A stretch of 64,000 nucleotides of DNA, from NCBI GenBank assembly GCA_040954595.2, contig CM082593.2, positions 9,185,200 to 9,249,199 of the forward strand, given 5' to 3'. This DNA comes from Balanoglossus misakiensis. Its lineage: Eukaryota > Animalia > Hemichordata. Both the position numbers and the translations under genes were made by a program. The notes beneath the pieces were generated by a model. The model was not told the origin of the DNA, did no database searches, and was given only the letters and a program-made list of their open reading frames with translations. This document shows positions 12,585 through 25,161 of the stretch, in pieces (within the stretch, counting starts at the first letter, position 1; each line of letters opens with the position of its first letter).

Positions 12585-13730
12585 GTAAGTTGTCACAATA
12601 ATGTGAACAGTGAATATTTTGAAAACCAAGACTGATACCCGTGTCACTCCTGGGAATTGTTATGTGGGGAAAAATAAAATCATTTTTCTCAAAAAAGGAG
12701 CTTTCTTGATGTTACAAATAACATGGTCTGTGCCATTCCCGAAATTATCTTAATGTATTTGGGACCTGACAGTCACACAGAATAAATTCAAAGCACTATT
12801 TGCCCAAAGCAGACCTAAATTACAGACAGAGGAATACAACAAATCTTGTCTCATTCTTATTTTCAATTCTTCTAGTTTTTCCATGGTATCAGTGTGGAAG
12901 CACTGATGATAACCTCCGTCAGACAGTTTTAAATGCAGACAATCGTCTTACTCTTATGCACATATGTGTAATTTTGTGTGTACAAAATAAGATCAAATCC
13001 AAATATCTGCAAATTTTATGTGCATGCATTCAAATAGTGGACTGCCTTCACTTCCTTTCATATTTCTTTCCCACCATATATATATATATATAAAGAAGAC
13101 TTTCATTTTGTCTCTTCTTTTCACTCAATTTGCTGTTTTTTTTTCCTAATTTACGACACAGAGTATGGTTGCCGCCATCTTGTCTGTTGTATAGACAGAA
13201 TTGTGTCATTGATAAAGTTTTTGTAACCAGAATCTCTGCTTTGGCACATGCGCATTAGACGATCATAACCCTTTAACAAAAGTCTGCTTAGAATTTAAAT
13301 CACATTGTTTTCAAAATGTCTGCATCTGATTACATGGTGAATTAAAGCTGAAAGCAGTGTTCACTGGGCCCAAGCGATTCCCAGGGTTTCTACAGAATGC
13401 CAAGGATTATCTGCTGTGGATACCAGAAATTTTGTCAAAAAGTTTTGATCCTAAACTGATTTATGTCCTACAAAATCCAAACTTCTAGATCTATTGGTTA
13501 GCCTAGAATTAGGCGTGTACATAATTAATTAGGTCAATGGGGGTCCTGAAATTAACCATCAAATAGTAGACACGACACGACTTTACCCGAAATTACAGTT
13601 ACTTTATGCCTCCCTAAATTTCAGTCTGATTGACAAATGTGAAGAACGTTAAAGAGAGCTGTCTCCTGATACATTGCCGCTTTCTGTGAAGTGACTTTAA
13701 AAAGAAAACCATTTTGTTTGCATTCAACAG

Positions 13731-14015
13731 CAACAACAAAAACAACAAGCTAGCGGTACACAAGCAACCATTCCACCACCACCACCACAACAACAACAAC
13801 CAGCAGCAACACAACAAACATGGCAACAACAACAGCAGTTCTTACAACAACAGCAATAACAACAACAACAACAGCTGTTACTAGGACAACAGCCACGGCC
13901 GCGACCACAGGTACCTCAGATGGGCTTGGCACCCAGCATGCAACAAACACAGCAACAATCAAGTAGTAGTCTGCTGGCTGATGACATGAGTCTTTTTGAT
14001 ATTCTGAATCAATAA
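13731..14015 (+). pseudogene. Gln-rich protein pseudogene, terminal coding exon
   Basis: tttgcattcaacag|CAACAA. Reads QQQKQQASGTQATIPPPPPQQQQ..FLQQQQ*QQQQQLLLGQQPRPRPQVPQMGLAPSMQQTQQQSSSSLLADDMSLFDILNQ*. Premature TAA at 13857 (likely CAA>TAA); AATAAA overlaps the final stop. Confidence 0.75.
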
Positions 14016-14303
14016 ATTCATACAGGAAACTGACTATAATGAACACGAGACTGTAGACTTTAATTAAACAGATCAAATAACACAGAATGGTTATTCCAGT
14101 GTAGTAACAGAATAGACTTGTTCTGTACTAATTCTTGCATTAGCTTTACTTTGTTTCCATCGTAATACCTTATTTCAATATGACCATATTTGTATGCGAG
14201 ACAGATGTAACTGGTTGTCAGTGTCTATCGTAATACAAAGTCTGCCATACACAAAGCAACTATGCATTGTCTTCTGGTGTGAAAAAAAGATACTTAGGAT
14301 GTA

Positions 14304-14511
14304 CTGTAAAACAGGAAATTTTCACGAGCGATAAATTTGCATGAATCATGCAAGAGCCAAAATAACCTGAAAACTAAAAAGTCGCAAAAAAAATGTTTTT
14401 CTGAAATAATGATGAATTGAAATTCGAGAATGCGAAAATTAATCATTACATAACAGTCGCCACTTTTGATATTGCGAAAATTTCCTGTTGGGAAAATTTC
14501 ATGTTTTACAG
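14304..14511. mobile_element. TA-flanked MITE (CTGTAAAAC...GTTTTACAG)
   Basis: TA|CTGTAAAACAGGAAATTTTC ... GAAAATTTCATGTTTTACAG|TA. Confidence 0.85.
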
Positions 14512-14513
14512 TA

Positions 14514-14878
14514 TATACCCATTTTTTCTGCTTCCAAAACGAACATTTAGAGTCATGCATGCCACTGGCCCAATAAAACCTGATAGCCCTTGCTGGGAAT
14601 TGTGATGTAACTAGCATCCCCCTTGAAGTCACGCACATAAACTGATCAATGGTGATTGTGTGTAAAGATACAGTGAAGGCAAGGCTAATCTAAAGTCAAA
14701 ATGGTACTCATCCTTAACAACACATGTATCCTTTGACCAATCAATGGAAAAAAAAGTCTGTGATTGACTTCAAAGTGATATTAATTACATCACAATTCCC
14801 AGCAAGGGGTATCGTGCTTTATTGGGGCAGTGGCATGCATAGTTTTTGGAAGCAAAGCTGACAAAATACAGCTATATA
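14514..14878. mobile_element. Foldback element with ~100-bp imperfect inverted arms
   Basis: tgcttccaaaa..atgcatgccactggcccaataaa..cccttgctgggaattgtgatgtaa..ttgaagtca is mirrored by tgacttcaa..ttacatcacaattcccagcaaggg..tttattggggcagtggcatgcat..ttttggaagca. Confidence 0.8.
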
Positions 14879-16168
14879 CTAGACTAATATTTCATTAATG
14901 CCTGATCATTAAACTGAAGAACGTATCTCTAAAATTGCTCTCTATTTCTCCCTCAGGGAAAAGAGCAATAGACAAAACTTTGAGTGACAGATCTTCCAGT
15001 TGTGTACTTATCATTTGTATTACCCAATCACAGACTTTGTGTTATTGGTCATTTATCTGTCCAATTTTAATACTCTTGTGTTCAGTGGAGCATTACACCA
15101 AAGAAGTCACACTATGACAGTGACAATAAAACACTTGCAAAAACATGGATTGCTCAGGTCAGCCTATCTGGTTACAGATTACCTGTGAACCAACTAATCC
15201 AGCTATAATGAATGTGTTTCATTATATACAGAGAATTGTAGGTTGTTTGAGACGTGTTAATATCACACTCTAGCATGGGGCAATGTTCACACGTTTATAT
15301 TTATCATGTGAAAGCCACAAAGTCACCAGCTCTTGATGTTCATTTTTTTGGAATAATTTGTTATGATCTGATTGCTGAAAATTGAATTGAAGCTGAACCT
15401 ACAGCATATGTGTGGACATAACATGTTTATACTTCCATGTAGTAATTTGTGTTACAGCCAAACAATTAAATAACACCATTATAACAAAATTAACGAAACT
15501 CACCCCAGGGCTATCACTAATTTGAAGGGATGCTGATCCAGAGTTAATGGTTCATTGGGGAGTCTAACAGTGTTTTGAAATGTCACATTGTAATTTGAAA
15601 GTTAGGCTTGGGTAGTGACAATGTTATTACATTGTTGTGTACAAAATTTGAATGGAGCTCTATGAAAAGAGAAAAGTGGTGTGTGGAAAAAATCAGTCTC
15701 TGTGCTAATATCAAGTGCCTTCATTCGACTCTCAAGGAAAGTTTGGTAAAACAATGAACTTTTTGTGTGTCAGCATTATTGGGAAAGATTAAGCCCACAC
15801 ATGTATTCAATTTAGATAAAAATGGAAAATTACCATCAGCCTTTTTTCTTAGCACTCTCACCTTTCACCCAATTCCCTGTGTAGACATCCAACTTTCCAG
15901 CAGGAAACAATGGATTTGGACCGAACCATTCGTTCACTTGAATATATATGTAATATCTGTATGTATGTAACACCTGTATTCTTTGCAGTCATCATTTAAT
16001 CATTTATTCATGAGAACACCTTTCTAGTAATGATAGAACTTACAGTCTATTTGATGATCTCAATTATATGCAAACCACCAGGATGTTTCATTTGACTAAT
16101 GAACTCAAGGTAATGCGCCACCATAGTGTAGATTGCTGATATAAAAGGACACCATGCATATACTTAGT

Positions 16169-16489
16169 CAGTTCACCTCTGTATCCAGACCGGCCACATG
16201 TGTGAACTGAAGATGTCTATGTTCAATTTCAGGTTAGTTTTCCTTGTACTTTACCTGTAGCTTGAAGCATTTTTATATAGGTGCATTCTACTGGCTCATT
16301 TTAGCACAAGTAATTGGTGTCTGAACTTGCGTCAAGTCTTCAATTGTACTTCTGTATTTTTCACTTGCATGAATTTTTGTGTATTCTGCTGTAGGTGAAC
16401 TCCCATACATGTGCGTAATTTAGCAGTTCACCTGTGTAGCCAGACCGGCCACACATATGAACTGATGATGTCCCTGTTCAATTTCAGTT
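16169..16489. repeat. Two ~66-bp direct repeats (16169-16235, 16424-16489) with an internal inverted repeat
   Basis: cagttcacct.tgta.ccagaccggccaca...tgaactga.gatgtc...gttcaatttcag occurs twice, about 255 bp apart. Confidence 0.75.
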
Positions 16490-17659
16490 AAGAAATGTTA
16501 TAGGCCTATGTCTTGTGAAACCTTTAAACCATGTTGGTGTGTTTTGTGGTGAACGGCGACACCCGTGACAAGTATGTTAGAATCAAACTATTAGATGCAT
16601 ATGAAGAAATATAGTCTGTTATAAGGAAGTGACTGGAGTGAAGGAGACCTCGTACGACGAAAAGTACTTTAATAGACTCGAAATGCACTCAAATTACAAT
16701 CGAGATATAATGCATTTATATATGCTTAAAAAGGTAAATTAATGAATGGTATCAACAAAATAAACGTTCATGATACATTTAGATCATTTTCTCGTCCAGC
16801 TAGGGGGTTCAACGTCAAAAGGAAAGTTCACTATTCAAATGCAAATAAAGTCATTAAAGAGTCCTAATCTCTTCTATCCAGTGACCATAGTAGCCAAACA
16901 ATTAAAATCACATGTTTTTAATATCAATAGTCACATACATTGCTTTTTACTTTTCTTGAATTTCCTAACATTTTTTTATTTTAACAAAAACAAGAGCCTT
17001 TCATGACCACTTATTGACTTTCGAAAATATTTCATGTAATCAGCCATTCATTTTATGTGTGTGTGAAGAATGACCCTCTGAGGCTGTTGAATCATGTATA
17101 GTGCTGAAGGGGAGGGGGGGACACCATTCCTCAATTTTGTTGATTTTGCATAAGATGCAAAATTTGGTAAAAATGTTGGTATTTTCCACATATTGCTTTT
17201 TGTACTGAGAATTACTCAGTTCTTAAGAAGAGCTTTTGACTAACATTTCATTGTATTTACAAGACTGCCAGAGTATGTAAATATTATATGCAGCATTAGG
17301 AAGGAATATCTTTGATGTTTTTATTCCAACAATTTTCCTATCATGATAAATAAGTAGACAGATATATCATGTTAGGATTTTTGCATACTTAAAATAAATA
17401 TTCTGATAAAATGAGTGCTTTTGTCTGTCTCTTTGATTTCAGGTGAGGATCAGTATTTGTTGTTGCTTTTCCTGCACAGATTCCAATCAGAAGGCAATTG
17501 TGATTACCAGTATGTTCTGTCTGATTGAAGTTTGGGTTTTCTTAGGACCTGAATATCGCTCTAACAAATGGTTTGCTTTCAGATGTGGAGTTAAGCGCTG
17601 GTGATAGTTTTGGCTATTCTGTTCTCTCACTTTGGCTGTTCTGTTCTCTGTTTTTGTCT

Positions 17660-18255
17660 GATCTCGGACACATTAGCTGAAAACTACTGGTCAGATTTCT
17701 TTGAAAATTGGTATGCATATATCTTCTGCCAACATCACAGAGCTCTATAAGTTTTGACCTTATATCGTGAATTTTCTACTTTTTATGACTTTTGTCATTT
17801 TTTCCACATCTTCTATGAAAGTGATTGGTCGATTTCTCTAAAAAAAAAATCAGTATAATTATAAAGCTTCCTATAGGTGATCTTTGTTTTTTTTTCAAAT
17901 TGTTGCTAAGTTTGCGTATTTGTAATTATGGGCCAAATTTTGCAATTTTTGGTCAAAATTCGTTTTCTCGGAAATCGCTTGTCAGATTGCTTTGAAAATT
18001 GGTAGGTATGTTTTCAGGGTTAAGCAATTGTGAGTTGTGTTAAATTTTTGCTGAAATGTGCATATTTATGTTCTTGAGGTAGGGCCTAACTGTTGCAATT
18101 TTTCGTCAGAAGTTTTTGTCCTTGAAACCACTTGTTAGATTGCTTTGAACTTCGGTAAGCATGTTCCTTATACTGATTGATGTAAGATATTGTACAATTA
18201 TGGTGATGTTTGAATATTTGAGTTTGGCAGTTTTGGGACAGTTTTTTGAAATTAG
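17660..18255 (+). repeat. Diverged ~140-150-bp tandem repeats of the kind found inside Helentron-associated elements; more at ~21400-21790 and ~30570-30960
   Basis: Recurrent motif aaa(c/t)..ct(t/g)gtcagatt(g/t)ctttgaaa.ttggta at ~17681, 17971, 18124, 21479, 21627 and 21726. Confidence 0.6.
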
Positions 18256-19389
18256 GTCATATCAGCTCGTGTGGTATTAGGTCAATAACAACAAATTAAG
18301 TCCAAACGTTGGCCACGCTTCCTACTTTAATATAGCACAAGTATGAAAAAACGACCAGTTTGTGTTACGTTACCTGCTTTCATTGAGAGCATCGCCCGCA
18401 AGTGAGTTTTTTAGAAAATTTGATCAAATTCATGATGAATCGAATTGAATCGACGTTTATTCCAGCTGGGAGCACTTTATAGACTACAAAGTTGTTTTGT
18501 TAGATGGGTAAAATTTAAGACCACTCGACCAATGCAGAGCGAAGTTGTCAAAATCGACGAAACAAAGCGAGAAAATGGCAATTTGCGCTGTCGACATATT
18601 TCTTCTCCTGCCTCGAATTATCAATCCCATGGAACCCCCCCCCCCCCCGGCGCGCCCGAAAAAAATATATATCAATCAGGGATCATCATAAAACTCGACT
18701 ATGAATCGGACATGAAATCAAACTCGACGATGGAAAAGCAGCCGATTCCGAGATAAACGCATCCCGATAGGATGAGAACTCCGCCATGTGACTTCATCTA
18801 ATTTCTCTGCAAACATGGAGGGGTTGTACGTTGGTAATGTGTTTACAAAGCAAAGTTAAGACATAAGTCCGAACATGACCGTGGTCCGAAGCTTGGACAC
18901 TCTTATCAAACAGAGCAGTACAGTGTGTGGAGACATCGCCCGTAAGACACACCACCGGCCCTGCCACACTGAGCTGCAATATGCTCTTGGCTCGTAGCCG
19001 TCCCAGTCGGTAACAAGTCGTTACGGCACTTATTCTTATTGGTTCGGCCTTTAATGTACGCGACCCCGGCCGTTTCGTCCTAGCTGCAAACCGATTCTTC
19101 AATTTGCAGTACAGTAAAGTTGGCGAACGGGATAGTCTGTTAACGGAAAACGCAGGCCTATACACAGTGCTGGCGAACGGGACAAAAGGCCACAATAAAA
19201 GCGAGCGTGTTGTCAGATCAGTGGGACTATCATAACACGAATACATAACATGTGGAAGGGCTAGGCCTAATTTTCTCCTGAGAAAGTTCAATTCGTGTTC
19301 TGTCGATGTGAAATTGCGTTTATTAAATGCTTTTTGTAATAACATTTATGACTTTCATTTATGGTGCGATTATAATATCCTGAATATCA

Positions 19390-19763
19390 TCGTATGTCAC
19401 AACAATGCACTTCGAAGACTTCTTGGTCACCCGGACACGAAAGTGCCTCTAAAATATTTGTTCTAAACGCCGTAAACTGCTTCTCCGTCATGAGAAGAAA
19501 AGTCGCTTTTAATTTTTCTGTTCGTCTCTGTACTAGTCCCAATGTTTTGATCAATCGTCTTGTCTCATGAGATATGCGCTTTTATGGACTACATACCCAC
19601 TGGATTGACATTTTACATTGATTCTTAAAACTATTATATTTTTTACATTTATTTTATTTATTACTTTTCTAGTGTTTTTGTCAGTTTTTGTAACCTATTT
19701 CTATGGACGGTTGTGTCTGAAATAAAGGTAAATAATAATCATAATAATAATAAAATAATAATT
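19390..19763 (+). mobile_element. LINE 3' end (ORF2 C-terminus, 3' UTR, (TAA)n tail); duplicate at ~28560-28933
   Basis: Peptide HNNALRRLLGHP/HESASKIFVLNAVNCFSVMRRKVAFNFSVRLCTSPNVLI resembles the xNNAxRxLLxxPxxxSASxxF ORF2 tail. It is followed by AATAAA and aataataatcataataataat. Confidence 0.75.
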
Positions 19764-22544
19764 ACGATCCCGAGATTACGATAAGCATAGGGACATTATA
19801 ACGAGCCAACGTGAAACTGACATGGAAACGATCGACAGTACGGTAGAGCACAGTGACTGCTGGTAGAGCGAGCGTGTTGCTGTGCGGGAGGCATTTACCA
19901 TGTTTGTTTACAACACACACCGACATGACCTGTGGCCGCAGTTGCAGCCTCCTAAGCGACCTAACCCAAGCAGTTTACGATCTCGGGTATCGTGGTCTGA
20001 CTGACCAAAATGACACAGAAAGAGAAACACATTAGGAAGTATTATAGCTCTGTTTCCTCGAAGTCGAATAAGTGTTCACAACACAAGGCACATCAAACCC
20101 GTTGCTCAGACATCGGAAGTTTGCAGTTCGCTTGCCTGGTTTGAAATGCGTGGCTGTGGTAGAAATTACCCACTGTGCCCCCCCCCCCCCCCCGATTTTA
20201 TTGTGTAGACAATGAGGCACTCACACTCAAAAAGCAAATGAGATATTCTTTCGAATGCGAGCATGTTCCAGAGCGTTCTAAAGAAATAAAATATGCAGCT
20301 GTAGCATGTATGCATATTCATTAGTGTGTCGTAATGCTAACTTTGGTCTGTGATTGGGTAACACGTTCTACTCACCATAACAACAGGTGATCATTGATCC
20401 GTTTCCGGTGTGCGACGCCGGGTTTCGACCACTTTCCTTCTACTTGCCGCGGGATCAAGACGTCTTTTCGGTAGGCTCATAATCGAATCATTGCTTTTAG
20501 TACAATAGCCTATTTAGCTATGTTACCGTCACTCGATTGTTTTGTCTGGTATTGGGTGACTTGCAGCTATCCGTACAACACCTTGTAGTTGAACAGAAGT
20601 AGGTTTAATTCCAGAAACAATTCCGAGCTACGGGCGTGCAGCTAGCCTCTCGGCTATTCTGGGTATGGCTGCGCTGGCTCCCGAATCAGGAGACCAGGAA
20701 GTCATAATCAAGAAAGTCTAGTCATATTTATAGGGTTATATTTTGTGAGAATTTTATTGCTAGGCCTCTTGCCTAAGCGCACGTAGGGCCAGTTTGTGAG
20801 ATTGAAAAGGATGGCAGCGCTGCAGGATGTTTAGTGTCAAAATAGTCGACCATACTGTCGAACGGTTGTGGCAAAATGGCACGTCACTGTGGCGACATAA
20901 GGTACGGGTAGAACGTTTTTCTCTGGAAAGTCTCTTTGCTGGTGGACGGAACGATAGTTCCATACGTATAGTCTTTGTTTAGCGGAAGGTCAGGAAACCA
21001 CGGTATTTTTCCATACATAATTCCATACGTTCTTTGAGGTTTTTATATGAGTCACCTCGGTGTTTGCAGGTGTTTTTTTTTTAATTTTACGGTTTAAACG
21101 TGGTTGGTGTATTTTCGCTTTTCTGGTGAGATTTCCACCTCTCCGTTGGCATACTTAAAAAATTATCCTAATTTTTATTGGGAAAACCGATAAAACCAAA
21201 ACCACAACTAAAGAAAATGTCTTAAACATTTTAACTTAGGCATTGTAATCTGTTTGGTGATAACCCTTTTAGCTTTGAGAGATAACCGATTTGATGTTTT
21301 AGTATAAGCCAATTTTTTGACCAGGGCGACAAGGATTTTTTCTCCTAGAGTCGTGTTGCTTGGAAGCATACTTTTGTATGTGTGGTCCCAGTTGATGAAA
21401 ACCTGGTTGATGAAAAATGTGCATATTTATAATTTTGTAGCAATTTTCGCCATTTTTGGTCAAAAATTGTTTCCTCTAAAACCGCTTGTGAGATTGCTTT
21501 CAAATTTGGTAGGCTTGTTCCTTGGGGATAATTAAATGAGATGTTTAAAAAAAATACTTGAAATTTACATATTTGCGTTTTGTGTGTGAAAGTTGTGGAA
21601 TTTTTCATCAAAAATTATTTTCTTTCAAACTGCATGTCAGATCGCCTTGAGCTTTGGTAGGCATGTTCCCTGAAGCGATTGAAGTAAGATATTATACAAT
21701 TTTGGAGAAAATACTGATTTTTCTGAAACTGCATATGGGATTGCTTTGAAATTTGATAGGAATATTCCAATGGGTAACCCAAGTTTTGTCTGATTGTGTT
21801 GATTACCCTATACTGAGACTCACTAAGTACACTATATGTTTATATTACTAGGGAGTTCAGAATCCAATATGGCCACCATTCAAAGTGGGACATGCTGTAT
21901 AATCTGATTGATTTCTAAACTTGTCATATTTTAATTTGTCGGTCTTGCAAATAAAAATAAAATTCCAAAAACTGAGTAACTTTCGTTTCTTCCCGCTTGT
22001 TAACGTCATATGTTGGTGTTGTCCATTTCAACGATTATCATCTAAGCGTCCCGAAACACTGATAAGAACTCCAATATTATTAGCCAGAGTAAACTGAGAT
22101 TTTTATGCTGAAGTCGGCATATGGTCTTTTTCCTCCTACTGGGAAAGTGGCTAGAGTCAATCAGTGCATAATGGCAGCATTACATGTCACTGAATAAATG
22201 GCAGGGGTATTTACATCTCTGTATTTTTTTCACTTAAAACATTATAAATCTCTAACAGTATATTATAGTATTGTGTATGCAACTTGGAGATGCGTTTTAC
22301 TTCAGAGTTGGAAGTATTTTTTAGTAAAGTCTGGGAAGTGACATGTCTTCAAAGTGACTGATGTTATCTGCTAAGAGCTGAATGCCCATGGGTGTTCTTT
22401 CCTAGATTTTACATTTTCTTAGCATTTCATAGACCTGTGTATAATTAAAATTTCAGTTATATATTCTAATTTGAGTTTAGGAAGGGTATGCATGGAATTA
22501 AAGTAATTATTCTGTAATTACCCAACCAAATATGTTGTCTAACT

Positions 22545-22858
22545 TAAGCAATAAAACACCCCCAGCCATGGTATACCACGAGATTTTGACCAGTTCACGA
22601 CATATACGCACGAGCGATAGCGAGTGCGTACATGGAGTTGAACTGGTCAAAATCGAGTGGTATACCATGGCTGGGGGTGTTTTATTGCTATTATATTATG
22701 CCAGTATATTGAAACTTTGCATAAAACATTTTAAAAAGGCATTTTCTTTGACTATGATATATGACTGTGGTATATGGCTAATATATCACGGTCACGTGTC
22801 GTGTCTCGACCAATCAAATAGCGTGACTTACACCATCAATATACTGGTATAATATAAT
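22545..22858. mobile_element. 314-bp double-inverted-repeat insertion with no TSD (Crypton-like non-autonomous element, inferred)
   Basis: The empty site gtctaact|aatggat is present in four paralogous cassettes. Hairpin at 22547-22689; second IR pair 22690-22712 / 22836-22858 (22/23 match). Confidence 0.88.
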
Positions 22859-22888
22859 AATGGATATTTTGATTGTCAATTTGCACAG

Positions 22889-23184
22889 GCAACATTATTG
22901 AAGTAGCATTAAGAGTAGTTGATAATATAGCAGAGCTTCTAACTGGAAAGAAGAGCTTAGTAAATTTATCAGCTCATAATATTCCTTTAACCAATGAACT
23001 TTATATGAACTTGCACACCTGCGTTAAAGATACAGGGATTAATGTTCAGGAAACCTTACCAGCTCTAGTAAATTTATTTGAGCCAGAAATTGAATTACCA
23101 AAAAAAATCAGTAATTTCATAAAGACACAGTCAGAAAAGAAACAGAGAAAGCCAGCAAGGAAGGGAGAAAAGTGGAATACATGA
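22889..23184 (+). pseudogene. Exon-like coding fragment of unknown origin within the cassette (repeated 5 times, variably disrupted)
   Basis: Acceptor ttttgattgtcaatttgcacag|GCAAC, then a ~98-codon open frame GNIIEVALRVVDNIAELLTGKKSLVNLSAHNIPLTNELYMNLH..RKGEKWNT. Other copies break at an A-run or a stop. I do not recognise the family. Confidence 0.45.
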
Positions 23185-25161
23185 ACGACACAGTTTGCTT
23201 AAAATACGTGTGTGTGCTGTAAAAACTGTATGGTGCAACGGCGTCAATTTTTATGATTTATAAGCAGCCAGTCTTTCCATGCATATCATACCAAAATTTA
23301 ATATGAAATTCTTGTTAATGTTAATAGTCTACAAGGATAGTACAGGTAACATGTTGAAATTAAACTATCAAACTTTCTCCACTTTTGATATCCGCTCGAC
23401 ACAGGCAAGCAAAAGGGCCGATCTGAGACTATGACTTGAATGATGGCAATTTTTGCTGTCCAGAAGTAACTGTATAGCATTTATTTGGTAGTAATATCAG
23501 CTTTATGATTGCTAAAAATACATCAGAATTTAAATATTTCCACTTACTACAGTGATTGAACTGATTTTCAGCAAATTGCAGTGTATAAACAAATATTGCC
23601 ATCTAATGAAATGTCAACCCAATTAAGGCCGCCTATTTGCAATGGTAAAATGCTAGGTTTACCATATTTGAGCGCCTGGGAATTTAAATTATAATCCAGA
23701 TATCAAAAACTTAAGTCACTATCTGTATCTGCACATATATTGTAATATAATCTGAAAATTTCGTGAAAATTAGATCAAACATGATCGAGACACAGAAGAT
23801 CAAACATTGCAAATTTTCATATTTTACCATGGTGCCATGCAAAAAATAGAGAGATTTTTTTTACAAGTTTAGATGATCTCCTGTAAAACTGAAAGAAGTA
23901 ATCTTCTGTGAATCTTGCATTTTTATGTTGGAACCATGCAAACCACTTTGGCCCCTGCAATGCAGCATGTTGCTTTAATTGTCTTCTTCATGGTTGCCTT
24001 ATTGGATTTTTTGGAGATGCGTTTCACTTCAGAGTTTGAAGTTTTTTTAGTAAAGTCTGGGAAGTGACATGTCTTCAAAGTGACTGATGTTATCTGCTAA
24101 GAGCTGAATGCCATGGGTGTTCTTTCCTAGATTTTACATTTTCTTAGCATTTCATAGACCTGTTTATAATTATAATTTCAGTTATATATTCTAATTTGAG
24201 TTTAGGTAGAGTATGCATGGAATTAAAGTAATTATTCTGTAATTACCCAACCAAATATGTTGTCTAACTAATGGATATTTTGATTGTCAATTTGCACAGG
24301 CAACATTATTGAAGTAGCATTGAGAGTAGTTGATAATATAGCAGAGCTTCTAACTGGAAAGAAGAGCTTAGTAAATTTATCAGCTCATAATATTCCTTTA
24401 ACCAATGAACTTTATATGAACTTGCACACCTGCGTTAAAGATACAGGGATTAATGTTCAGGAAACCTTACCAGCTCTAGTACATTTATTTGAGCCAGAAG
24501 TTGAATTACCAAAAAAAAATCAGTAATTTCATAAAGACACAGTCAGAAAAGAAATAGACAAAGCCAGCAAGGAAGGGAGAAAAGTGGAATACATGAAAGA
24601 CACAGTGTGCTTAAAATACATGTGTGTGCAGTAAAAACTGTATGGTGCAACGGCGTCCATTTTCATGATTTATAGCCAGCCAGTCTTTCCATGCATATCA
24701 TACCAAAATTTAATATGAAATTCTTGTTAATGTTAATAGTCTACAAGGATAGTACAGGTAACATGTAGAAATTAAACTATCCAACTTTCTCCACTTTTGA
24801 TATCCACTCGACACAGGCAAGCAAAAGGGCCGATCTGAGACTTTGACTTGAATGATGGCAATTTTTGCTGTTCAGAAGTAACTGTATAAAATGTTTTTGG
24901 TAGTAATATCAGCTTTATGATTGCTAAAATACACAAGACTTTAAATATTTCCACTTACTACAGTGATTGAACTGATTTTCAGCAAATTGCAGTGTATAAA
25001 AAAATATTGCCATCTAATGAAATGTCAACCCAATATGGCCGCCCATTTGCAATGGTAAAATGCTAGGTTTACCATATTTGAGCGCCTGGGAATTTAAATT
25101 ATAATCCAGATATCAAAAACTTAAGTCACTATCTGTATCTGCACATATATTGTATTATAAT

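Noticed and set aside
12366-13966. Thr-rich mucin reading of the same exons, joined to the EGF exon in phase 1
   Set aside because: This frame also has stops, and the phase-0 Gln frame gives a consistent composition over three exons plus a natural C-terminus at AATAAA. Disfavoured, not fully excluded.
13614-14076. Minus-strand Val/Leu-rich 'membrane protein' ORFs
   Set aside because: Antisense shadow of the CAA-rich exon on the plus strand.
18794-19345. 183-aa minus-strand ORF
   Set aside because: No recognisable motif, in a GC-richer repeat-like block; probably a chance ORF.
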